This document shows, piece by piece, positions 9,662 to 17,243 of a stretch of DNA of 64,000 nucleotides. The stretch is taken from the NCBI GenBank assembly GCA_002255585.1, contig NCBJ01000004.1, positions 6,415 through 70,414 of the forward strand, read 5' to 3'. The notes below the pieces were generated by a model. The model worked only from the letters and a program-made list of their open reading frames with translations. It was not told the DNA's origin and did not search any database. This DNA comes from Parcubacteria group bacterium 21-54-25. GTDB taxonomy: Bacteria > Patescibacteriota > Minisyncoccia > Phycocordibacterales > Phycocordibacteraceae. Each line of letters starts with the position of its first letter. The stretch's first letter is position 1. The translations under genes and the position numbers were made by a program.

Positions 9662-10285
9662 ATGAGGATAGCTGAGTGGTTAGTAGACCTGCTCTTTCCC
9701 CCGCGCGCGAGCGAGCAGCGCATGCGACGCGGTGACACGAATGCGGTGTTGGCACTTCTTTCGCCAACCGTCATCGACACGTGCACGCCGCCAGCAATCG
9801 GCTTACTTCCCTTTCGAGATCCACTGGTGCGCGCACTCATACACGAAGCAAAATACCACGAGCACGAGCGTGCATTTGCGCTCTTGGGCGGCGCGTTGCA
9901 TGAGTACCTTGCTGAATGGACTGCTGACGTTGGCTTTGGCGATGTGTGCGTGGTGCCCGTACCGCTTTCGGCCGCGCGCCAAAAGACGCGCGGCTACAAC
10001 CAGGTGGAGCGCGTGCTGGCATACGCCATGCGCGGTGTGTCAATCACCGTGCATAGCGACTTGCTTGTTCGCCTTCGCGATACCCCCTCACAAACGACAC
10101 TCTCGGGGAGCGCGCGGCAAGAAAATGTGCACGGCGCCTTCGGCGCTGTGCACCCACTCTCACCTGAGAGCACCTACATACTGCTCGATGATGTCCTCAC
10201 CACCGGGGCCACCATGCAGGCAGCTATCGACGCGCTCACCCAGGCCGGTGCGGCACGCATCATCCCGATCGCGCTTGCACATTGA
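9662..10285 (+). CDS. ComF-family phosphoribosyltransferase-domain protein (competence protein ComFC-like)
   Basis: PRTase motif ILLDDVLTTGATM near the C-terminus. Start set to the ATG at 9662 (alternative 9644) to avoid pilM. Divergent from pilM. Confidence 0.65.
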   Translation: MRIAEWLVDLLFPPRASEQRMRRGDTNAVLALLSPTVIDTCTPPAIGLLPFRDPLVRALIHEAKYHEHERAFALLGGALHEYLAEWTADVGFGDVCVVPVPLSAARQKTRGYNQVERVLAYAMRGVSITVHSDLLVRLRDTPSQTTLSGSARQENVHGAFGAVHPLSPESTYILLDDVLTTGATMQAAIDALTQAGAARIIPIALAH

Positions 10286-10306
10286 TTTCACAACACTGCC
10301 GCTCGG

Positions 10307-11041
10307 TCACTGCTTCTCCTCTTTTCGTATAATAAAGAATGGCGTCATCTCGTCGGCCTGACCGGCGGGATTATCTTTAAGCACCGCTCGCACGAATGCC
10401 TCGGTGATGCGACGAGTCGATTTGCCAAGTGTGAATGCACCAATGTAGTTTGCGTCCACGATCGCCGCCTCCGCACCAAACGCAGCGCGGATCTTTCGCG
10501 CAACACCAGGAGAATCTAGTGGCGGCAATTTCGCATAGTGCGTGTACGGTTCAATATCAAACGACATCGGGCAATCCACCGATTTAGCGCGTTTGCCAAC
10601 GAGAAAGTAGAACGCGCCCTTGATACCAAGCGAGCGCGTGAGCGCCGCAACGGCCGCAGCAAACAGTACGCGCGGCACACCGGCCTCGTCAATGAGAAGC
10701 TGCATCGCCGGCGCAGTACCGTGCCCATAGCCTTTGAATTTCTCTGTGCCCACATGATTATGCACGCGCTTTGAAAGGAATCGCGCGAGCGCCGAAGTCT
10801 GCACGTCAGCAATGCGCACCAGCCGCCTCTGCGTGAGTGCCACTATTTTCTCGCTTACGAAAATGTAGTCACCGGGCTCTACGTGCGGCGCCACGTATTC
10901 TTTGAGTAGCGCCATGAGATCATCGTGCTCACTGATGCGACGCGTGCGTACCGGCAGCCGTAGATACGACACACCGCCCACCGCCATCATAAGCGTGCGT
11001 GTACCGTTTGGAGTAAAAGTGTCTGCCGCGGTGTTGCTCAT
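10307..11041 (-). CDS. CofE-like (F420-0:gamma-glutamyl ligase family, PF01996-like) protein
   Basis: 244 aa. Pattern ...EPGDYIFVSEKIVALTQRRLV... and ...IVDANYIGAFTLGKS... resembles the CofE/FbiB N-domain fold. Assigned from motif memory only. Confidence 0.45.
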   Translation of the reverse strand: MSNTAADTFTPNGTRTLMMAVGGVSYLRLPVRTRRISEHDDLMALLKEYVAPHVEPGDYIFVSEKIVALTQRRLVRIADVQTSALARFLSKRVHNHVGTEKFKGYGHGTAPAMQLLIDEAGVPRVLFAAAVAALTRSLGIKGAFYFLVGKRAKSVDCPMSFDIEPYTHYAKLPPLDSPGVARKIRAAFGAEAAIVDANYIGAFTLGKSTRRITEAFVRAVLKDNPAGQADEMTPFFIIRKEEKQ

Positions 11042-11044
11042 GCG

Positions 11045-12064
11045 TTAATCGTGCGCGCGAAAGTCCTCCGGATCAAGGTGGGTCGAGTACTTCTCCAGAT
11101 ACAGGAGCGCGGTGTCCGGACACACGAACGCCGCGACCACGTCGCCGCGGGCGTTGCGTAGCGCGTCGAGTGTCCCCGCGTTATGTTGCGCCTTAAGCAC
11201 CTGCACCAGCCCCGCAAGTGCCATGCCCGAGCTCGGCCCTGCGAGCAGGCCAACACGGCACAGTTCGAGACTCTGTTTGAACGCGTCTTTTGTCTCTACT
11301 TCTGCATGAAAATCAAGCGTGCCCTCCCACTTGAAACCGACTTCTCTGAGTCTACGTTCGCTCCTGACGCCCGGCACAGAATCTTGGCGGGGCACGACGC
11401 CAACAATCGTTATGCGCGGCGACTGTTTCTTGAAATAGCGCGCCGACCCAACAAGCGTGCCGGTGGTGCCGAGTCCCGCGCAAAATACCGTGAGTGTGCC
11501 GTCAGTTTGTTTCCAGATTTCTGGTGCGAGATACTTCTCATATGCGCTGGGGTTTGCGTCGTTTTCATACTGCCCGAGATTGTACCAACCATCTTGTGCA
11601 CCAAGTTCCTTAGCGCGCGCAATGCCGCTTGCACCACCGGGCGAGGTACTGCTGAACTCGACATCAATACCGAAAAGTCTTAACAGCTCTAATTTGCTCG
11701 CTGGAATGTCACGCGGCACCACCGCTACCATGCGCGGTATGCCATAGTGCCGCGCCAGTACCGCAAGCCCGAGCGCCATATTTCCTGACGAATTCTCCAC
11801 GAGCGTGTGCACCCCTTTGAGTTTCCCGGCATCGTATGCCGTTTGCAATAAATTGTGCGCGGCGAGCTGTTTTATGTTAAAGAGTGGCGAAAGAAATGAC
11901 GCCTTGGCAAAAAGACGCACGCGCTCACCCGCAAGCGGATTGAGCGATGCGGGCAACTCAACGAGTGGAGACGGCGTGTTGTCTCCCGGGTTTAAAAATG
12001 CAGTGAGCGCTCTAGACCCAGAAAACATGTTGTGCTCATGCGCCGCCATGCTCGTTTGTTGCAC
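11045..12064 (-). CDS. PLP-dependent cysteine synthase/CBS-family (Trp-synthase beta superfamily) enzyme
   Basis: 339 aa. Motif VENSSGNMALGLAV matches the SSGNTG PLP-binding region of CysK/CysM-like enzymes. Confidence 0.7.
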   Translation of the reverse strand: MQQTSMAAHEHNMFSGSRALTAFLNPGDNTPSPLVELPASLNPLAGERVRLFAKASFLSPLFNIKQLAAHNLLQTAYDAGKLKGVHTLVENSSGNMALGLAVLARHYGIPRMVAVVPRDIPASKLELLRLFGIDVEFSSTSPGGASGIARAKELGAQDGWYNLGQYENDANPSAYEKYLAPEIWKQTDGTLTVFCAGLGTTGTLVGSARYFKKQSPRITIVGVVPRQDSVPGVRSERRLREVGFKWEGTLDFHAEVETKDAFKQSLELCRVGLLAGPSSGMALAGLVQVLKAQHNAGTLDALRNARGDVVAAFVCPDTALLYLEKYSTHLDPEDFRAHD

Positions 12065-12440
12065 CGAGCGGGATTGCTCGATGCTTTTTTACTTCGGTTA
12101 TCCGATTTTTTTCATCCACAAACACTACAATCGGATTGAGGTCTCCCAATTCTGCTGGATCTACGGCTGCTTCAGCAAGCACGATTATTTTGTCGCCTGG
12201 CTGAAAGTGACGCGCGGGCGGGCCATTCAGACACATCTCGCCCCTGTGTTTCTCTCCGGCCAGTACGTACGTCTGCCAGAGGGTGCCGTTGGAGAGGTTC
12301 GTAATCTGTACCATTTGAAACGGCAGGATGCCGCTCGCGTCAAGAATTGCTTGATCGATGGTGATAGAGCCGATGTAGTTTAAATCTGCCTTAGTGACAG
12401 TTGCGCGGTGAATTTTTGCGGTGCAGACACGAATTTGCAT
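12036..12440 (-). CDS. panD: Aspartate 1-decarboxylase (pyruvoyl-dependent)
   Basis: 134 aa. MQIRVCTAKIHRATVTKADLNYIGSITIDQ is near-identical in pattern to E. coli PanD, including the Gly-Ser self-cleavage site. Overlaps the upstream PLP enzyme by 29 nt. Confidence 0.85.
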   Translation of the reverse strand: MQIRVCTAKIHRATVTKADLNYIGSITIDQAILDASGILPFQMVQITNLSNGTLWQTYVLAGEKHRGEMCLNGPPARHFQPGDKIIVLAEAAVDPAELGDLNPIVVFVDEKNRITEVKKHRAIPLGATNEHGGA

Positions 12441-12472
12441 ATAAAAATGACACTAGATGATAAACGCTCCAC

Positions 12473-12486
12473 GATTCACGTGAATC
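12473..12486. promoter_or_regulatory. 14-bp perfect palindrome gattcacgtgaatc about 30 nt upstream of the panD start
   Basis: Perfect inverted repeat with a CACGTG core in the panD/msrB intergenic region. Candidate operator. Confidence 0.3.
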
Positions 12487-12513
12487 TATCATAGCACTTT
12501 CGCTGCTCGCATT

Positions 12514-12921
12514 CTACTGTGTGTTCTTATACGGGCCGTCCTCCACATCAAGGCACACGGCGTTCATGCAGTAACGCTTCCCGGTCGCGGTTGGTCCGTC
12601 CTCAAATACGTGGCCTAGGTGCGAGCCACACCTGGCGCACACTATCTCCGTGCGCTGCGCATCGTGCGAGTCGTCTGGCACTTCCTTAACTGCACCCGGA
12701 AGCGCCTGATCAAAACTTGGCCAGCCGGTGCCGGAATCAAATTTGGCGTCAGCGGCAAAGAGCGGGTTGCCACACGCCGCGCATAGGTACGCGCCATGTG
12801 CACTGTTCTCGAGAAGTTTTCCGGAAAACGGTGCTTCGGTGCCTTTCTCACGAAGCGCGCGATACTGCTCAGGTGTAAGCTCCTCTTTCCACTCCTCTTC
12901 TGTTTTTGAGATATTTTTCAT
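12514..12921 (-). CDS. msrB: Peptide methionine sulfoxide reductase MsrB
   Basis: 135 aa. Two CxxC pairs (CAACGNPLF...CARCGSHLGHVF) and the RYCMN motif typical of zinc-containing MsrB. Confidence 0.85.
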   Translation of the reverse strand: MKNISKTEEEWKEELTPEQYRALREKGTEAPFSGKLLENSAHGAYLCAACGNPLFAADAKFDSGTGWPSFDQALPGAVKEVPDDSHDAQRTEIVCARCGSHLGHVFEDGPTATGKRYCMNAVCLDVEDGPYKNTQ

Positions 12922-13030
12922 AAAGAAATACTATGTAGTGTTGCTAAGCGCGCCGGTGCAGTGAAAAAGTCCGTAGGACTTGGCCAAGCGGCCCGGAGCG
13001 TGGACTTCTTTCGCTGCACCGGCCCGCGCC

Positions 13031-13582
13031 TTAGTCATGCTCCTGTTTCAATAAGTCAGCGAATTGCTTTTTCACTTTCTCAAGCTTTGGGTTTATGACC
13101 AGCTCGCAGTACGGCGCGCCCGGATTTACAGCGAAGTAGTCGTGATGATACTGCTCGGCTTCGTAGAAATTCGTGAGCGGTTCTACCTCCGTCACGACCG
13201 GCGCGCCCTCCGCGTTTGACGTGTTTATTTCCGCGAGGCACTGTTCTGCGGCTTCTTTCTGTTCGGGCGTCGTATAGAAAATCACCGAACGGTACTGTGT
13301 ACCTACGTCTGCACCCTGCTTGTTGCGCGTCGTCGGATCGTGACTACCAAAGAAGATGGTAAGGAGCGTGCGGTAGTCGACGCGCGCCGGATCGTACTCA
13401 ACGCGCACCACTTCGGCGTGGCCCGTCTCCCCTGTCGACACCTGCTCGTACGTGGGGTTCTCCGTCGTACCGCCAGCGTAACCGGGCACTACACGCGAGA
13501 CGCCGTTGAGCATATTGAATACCGCTTCCGTGCACCAAAAACACCCGCCTCCGAACACCGCCACGGCTTTATGAGGATGCAT
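13031..13582 (-). CDS. msrA: Peptide methionine sulfoxide reductase MsrA
   Basis: ORF 13031..13864 has an internal ATG at 13582 (verified) giving MHPHKAVAVFGGGCFWCTEAVF..., which carries the MsrA GCFWC active site. The upstream 94 codons are an ORF-finder extension. Confidence 0.85.
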   Translation of the reverse strand: MHPHKAVAVFGGGCFWCTEAVFNMLNGVSRVVPGYAGGTTENPTYEQVSTGETGHAEVVRVEYDPARVDYRTLLTIFFGSHDPTTRNKQGADVGTQYRSVIFYTTPEQKEAAEQCLAEINTSNAEGAPVVTEVEPLTNFYEAEQYHHDYFAVNPGAPYCELVINPKLEKVKKQFADLLKQEHD

Positions 13583-13939
13583 ACGCGTATGAGTATACAG
13601 TAATAAACAAGGTACGGACGAGATTAGGAGGAACGTTTCTGTATACTTACGGTATACTACGTGTACCTTATGCAACCGCGTACTGGTATAGATAAAAGCA
13701 CTCTTGAAAAGGCGTTGCGTGCCGCCGAAAAGGCGCACGGCGTCTACGAAAAAAGACTTGGGCGACGAGACTCCCGGTGGCCGCGTTGGTATGCAGCGTT
13801 TATGGTGAAATGGCTCCAAAAGAAACACCCTACACGACCGCGCGCAACGCAACGAAACCTCCACAAAAAATAAAACAGCAGCCCGCTAATGTAATTATTT
13901 TGCGACGTGCCACCTCCTGTCACTTCTAGCGAAAAAGCT

Positions 13940-14029
13940 TGGCGGAGACGGTGGGATTCGAACCCACGAGCGCTTTTATACGCTGGCACGTTAGCAGTGT
14001 GCTGGTTTCAACCACTCACCCACGTCTCC
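13940..14029 (-). tRNA. tRNA-Ser (anticodon GCT), type II with long variable arm, CCA encoded
   Basis: Revcomp is GGAGACG-TG-GGT-GAGTGGTTGAA-ACC-A-GCACA-CTGCTAA-CGTGC-[CAGCGTATAAAAGCGCT]-CGTGG-GTTCGAATC-CCAC-CGTCTCC-G-CCA. T-loop GTTCGAATC and G73 are present. Confidence 0.85.
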
Positions 14030-14037
14030 GTACGGCA

Positions 14038-15048
14038 CTATCCTATCGTACTTTTGTATCTTCTCAAATGTTTCGGGTTATGACTCCCGATTACTGAAAA
14101 ATAACGCTTCACATCCGCGATACGATCCAGACGCACGTCATCGTGCGAACCGAGCCGTGGATGAAATCCGTGCGCACACAGTGCATCGCATATAGACCGG
14201 CGCAGTGGTTCCGAAGCGCTCGTGAACGAGAGTTTCTTATATGTGTAAGTTTTGCCTTTAACACGATACCGGTGCGTGAAAACACTTCCGTCAGTATCAA
14301 AGAGTCCGCGTAGACACGCGCTCGAGAATGCCTCGTTTTTCTTTACCCACGGCGGCATATCAAATCGCTGCTTGATTTTATTTCCTATCGGCAGACCTAG
14401 CCCGTGCAGATAATCGACCAAGTGCTTCCTTGAAACGACGATGTTGCACACCGACTTCTTCGGCGTGTGATATGTGCTTGGCGCAATTTCAAAAAGACTC
14501 TCGATGAGCGATTCGACAAAAGAAGTGTATTCGCGATCATCGATGTGGTGAAGCGTGACGGCAACCTGGTATGTGCTCATGCCGCCGTCACCCATCATAA
14601 TGCCGATGAACTCTGCAAGCATGGCGCTCCTTGCTGGTTTGTGGATGATTTTTGGTGCAAGGATCGAATGTTGCTTATGCTTCCCTACCTTGTTCCACCA
14701 CGCGCGCCACCGTGCACTTCGACATGCCTCATCGTGCGGGATGCATCCGTATTTTTGTATCGTTGCGGCAGCGCCCGTCTTACCAGCCCGCGCGGTGTGC
14801 GCATACGCATCGCGAACACGCATACGCGCGGGCACGGAAACACCGGTTTTTGCAGAGAGCGCCTGCACAGCAAAAAGCGGCATTGAAAATTTCTCCCGCC
14901 GCCAGTCTCGAACGGTACGTTCTGAGCACTGGCACAGGTGCGCCATGTCTGCAACCGTCAGTCTATCGCTGATGTGTTTGAAAAACGCTTCTTGTACACC
15001 TTTCTGGAACACGACTCTCTTAAATAAACGATTCCGCCATGCCTCCAT
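14038..15048 (-). CDS. HTH domain fused to a double-motif LAGLIDADG homing-endonuclease-like protein
   Basis: Two LAGLIDADG-type motifs (FIGIMMGDGGMS and LRGLFDTDGSVF) about 100 aa apart. The N-terminal ~100 aa are HTH-like (LTVADMAHLCQCSERTVRDWRREK). Start set to the ATG at 15048 (MEAWRNRL...); the ORF track extends to 15141. Abuts tRNA-Ser with a 9-nt gap. Confidence 0.7.
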   Translation of the reverse strand: MEAWRNRLFKRVVFQKGVQEAFFKHISDRLTVADMAHLCQCSERTVRDWRREKFSMPLFAVQALSAKTGVSVPARMRVRDAYAHTARAGKTGAAATIQKYGCIPHDEACRSARWRAWWNKVGKHKQHSILAPKIIHKPARSAMLAEFIGIMMGDGGMSTYQVAVTLHHIDDREYTSFVESLIESLFEIAPSTYHTPKKSVCNIVVSRKHLVDYLHGLGLPIGNKIKQRFDMPPWVKKNEAFSSACLRGLFDTDGSVFTHRYRVKGKTYTYKKLSFTSASEPLRRSICDALCAHGFHPRLGSHDDVRLDRIADVKRYFSVIGSHNPKHLRRYKSTIG

Positions 15049-15091
15049 TTTATCACGACCACATTCGAATCGCGTGCGCGACCGCTGGCCT

Positions 15092-15313
15092 CTAGAGCCC
15101 AAGTCTCGACGCGAGTTTGAAGCCGACCCAAATGCCGACAAAACCGCCCACCGCAGTGAGTAGCACCGAGCTCATGGAGAAAAACATATTGCCGCCCCAG
15201 AGGCCCGGCGTCATGCTGCCAAGCGTGGAGCCAATGAAAAGTCCAGCCCAAATAAATTTCTTGCGCGTAAACATTAGTAATAAGTATGCCATATAAAACA
15301 CGCAAACCGACAA
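15092..15313 (-). CDS. Small GlsB/YeaQ/YmgE-family-like membrane protein
   Basis: 73 aa. Gly-rich double-TM pattern (IWAGLFIGSTLGSMTPGLWGGNMFFSMSSVLLTAVGGFVGIWVGF) resembling transglycosylase-associated/YeaQ proteins. The larger overlapping ORF 14958..15407 is judged spurious. Confidence 0.45.
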   Translation of the reverse strand: MSVCVFYMAYLLLMFTRKKFIWAGLFIGSTLGSMTPGLWGGNMFFSMSSVLLTAVGGFVGIWVGFKLASRLGL

Positions 15314-15342
15314 AAGTCGGCCTGTGGATTGTGCAGCAGAAT

Positions 15343-15525
15343 CTAGTGGGCAACGGGCGCAAGCTGGGTTGCGGCGACTGCAAAATGCGACGCGGCAAGC
15401 AGTGCAACTCGAATGCCGTGTAGTGCTACGAGAATCGTCTGCGTAAGTGACGTAAAGATCTCGGGGACGAGCGCTTTGAGAATGAGTATCGTCAGTCCGA
15501 GACCGAGCGCGCCGAATATTTTCAT
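15343..15525 (-). CDS. Small hydrophobic hypothetical protein (60 aa)
   Basis: Single predicted TM-like segment. No recognisable motif. Weak call. Confidence 0.2.
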   Translation of the reverse strand: MKIFGALGLGLTILILKALVPEIFTSLTQTILVALHGIRVALLAASHFAVAATQLAPVAH

Positions 15526-15657
15526 AGGCGTGGACGGTGATGGCTAAGCGGTGCTCTGTGCGAACGCCGCAAGACGAGTGAGTCGTCTCAGTGCTCGTGC
15601 CCGTGCGTCGCGAAGCGGCGCACGCAAGGTGCTTCCTATGTATGTAAACCCCGAGAA

Positions 15658-16113
15658 ATGTATACTGGTTACACGATGGAAACTTCGCGTTCAGCAGGCG
15701 GCGTCGTTCTTGGTGATCAAGGCACCATTGTGCTTGTGCGCGTGCGCGAGGGTGACGGTGCGCTGCTGTTCCCCAAAGGCCACGTAGAGCCAGGCGAAAC
15801 GGACGAAGAGGCGGCGCGACGGGAAATCCAAGAAGAGACGGGGCTCGCTAATATTGAATTTATCGACGACTTGGGCAGCTACACGCGCCCGCACATACGG
15901 AAAGACGGCTCTCTGAATGAGAACGAGCAAAAGGAAATTCATATGTTCCTCTTTGCTGCACCGCCGGGCGCCACGCTCGCGCCCACGATGGAAATTGAAC
16001 ACGTCGAGTGGGTTCCCTACCGCGAAGTCGCCGCGCGCCTTGGCAACACAGCAGACCGCGCCTGGTTCGCCACCATCTTCGACCGTGTCCGAGAGGCCGT
16101 GCAACGGGATTAA
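15658..16113 (+). CDS. NUDIX hydrolase
   Basis: 151 aa with Nudix box GHVEPGETDEEAARREIQEETGL (GX5EX7REUXEEXGU). Confidence 0.85.
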   Translation: MYTGYTMETSRSAGGVVLGDQGTIVLVRVREGDGALLFPKGHVEPGETDEEAARREIQEETGLANIEFIDDLGSYTRPHIRKDGSLNENEQKEIHMFLFAAPPGATLAPTMEIEHVEWVPYREVAARLGNTADRAWFATIFDRVREAVQRD

Positions 16114-16121
16114 TACGTTAC

Positions 16122-17222
16122 ATGAAGAAGAACATCAACGCGGTCTATCTGATGCATTCCTTGAACAGTCTCGCTGGCTCGTTCATCGGTATCTTCATCC
16201 CGATTTACCTCCTTACACTGCACTACCCCGTGAGCACAGTATTTGAATATTACCTTGGACTGTATGTTGCCATATTTTTCCTCTTCATATTTGCGAGCTT
16301 CATTGCGCGACGGCTCGGGTTGAAACGCACCCTGCTCGTCTATTTCCCGTTCCAACTTCTCTATCTCGGCCTCCTCTACACGCTCCCGCACACGACCATA
16401 CCGCTTTGGATAATCGCGGGCGTAAACGCGATTGCCGTTGCGTTCTATTGGTACCCGCTCCATCTTTTTTTCGTCACCCAAGCACAAAAGAAAGAAATGG
16501 GCGAATCTGTCGGCAAACTCTATGCTCTACCGAAACTCGTTACTATCGCGTCACCACTTATCGGTGCATTCATAGCGATTCAGGGCGGCTTTCCCCTCCT
16601 GTTCGCAATCACCATAGTGCTCTATCTCATCGTATCCATATCTCTTCTATACTTGCCCGATAGTCGCCCGGCTATACAATTCCAATTCGGCAAATTTGTC
16701 GCGTTGGCGCGCCGCTATCCACGCTATATCCTCGCAGAAATTGGTGAGAATATACGCGAAGAGGTAGGAGGTCTTGTGCTGCCTATCGTGATATTCCTTA
16801 CGTTCGACAGCATTCTTTCCGTCGGTGTTGTAGGTGTGCTTACAAAAATAGGTAGTGCTTTGTTCATTCTTCTCATCGGTCGCTATGCCGATCGGCTGAA
16901 GCGCACGAGCATCCTGCGCGTCGGTGCGATTATCACCATGGCCATCTGGGCTGTGTTCTTTTTTGCTCACCGTGAGGTGTCCTTCTATGCCCTGACCTTG
17001 TTCGTGGGATTTTTTGGCGCGCTACTACTTATTCCGTTTAATGCGCTTGTGTATGATTACGCGCAAGAGAGCGCGGCGCCAGCAGAGTTCATCGTCTTCC
17101 GCGAGGTGCCTGTGACGCTCGCGCGGGTGTTTGTGTACGGTACCGGCCTGCTGTTTGTAAGCTCGCTTAACTACCTCTTTCTCCTCCCCGTCTTTGGCAG
17201 TTTGTTCTTTTGGGTGCTGTAG
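16122..17222 (+). CDS. MFS-type transporter (about 12 TM)
   Basis: Start set to the ATG at 16122 (MKKNINAVYLMHSL...), directly after the NUDIX stop at 16111-16113. Polytopic membrane protein with MFS-like helix pattern. The ORF-finder start at 16008 overlaps NUDIX. Confidence 0.6.
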   Translation: MKKNINAVYLMHSLNSLAGSFIGIFIPIYLLTLHYPVSTVFEYYLGLYVAIFFLFIFASFIARRLGLKRTLLVYFPFQLLYLGLLYTLPHTTIPLWIIAGVNAIAVAFYWYPLHLFFVTQAQKKEMGESVGKLYALPKLVTIASPLIGAFIAIQGGFPLLFAITIVLYLIVSISLLYLPDSRPAIQFQFGKFVALARRYPRYILAEIGENIREEVGGLVLPIVIFLTFDSILSVGVVGVLTKIGSALFILLIGRYADRLKRTSILRVGAIITMAIWAVFFFAHREVSFYALTLFVGFFGALLLIPFNALVYDYAQESAAPAEFIVFREVPVTLARVFVYGTGLLFVSSLNYLFLLPVFGSLFFWVL

Positions 17223-17243
17223 TTGCGCGCGTATACTGTCCCC

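Noticed and set aside
13661-13873. 70-aa plus-strand ORF in the msrA/tRNA-Ser intergenic region
   Set aside because: It could be a real small protein (charged, helical) but has no motif or evident ribosome-binding site. It was left out of the feature list as too weak.
14958-15407. 149-aa minus-strand ORF overlapping the LAGLIDADG gene start and two small membrane ORFs
   Set aside because: It runs out of frame through better-supported small genes and is Arg/His-rich nonsense with no motif. I preferred the YeaQ-like 15092..15313 ORF and trimmed the LAGLIDADG start to the ATG at 15048.
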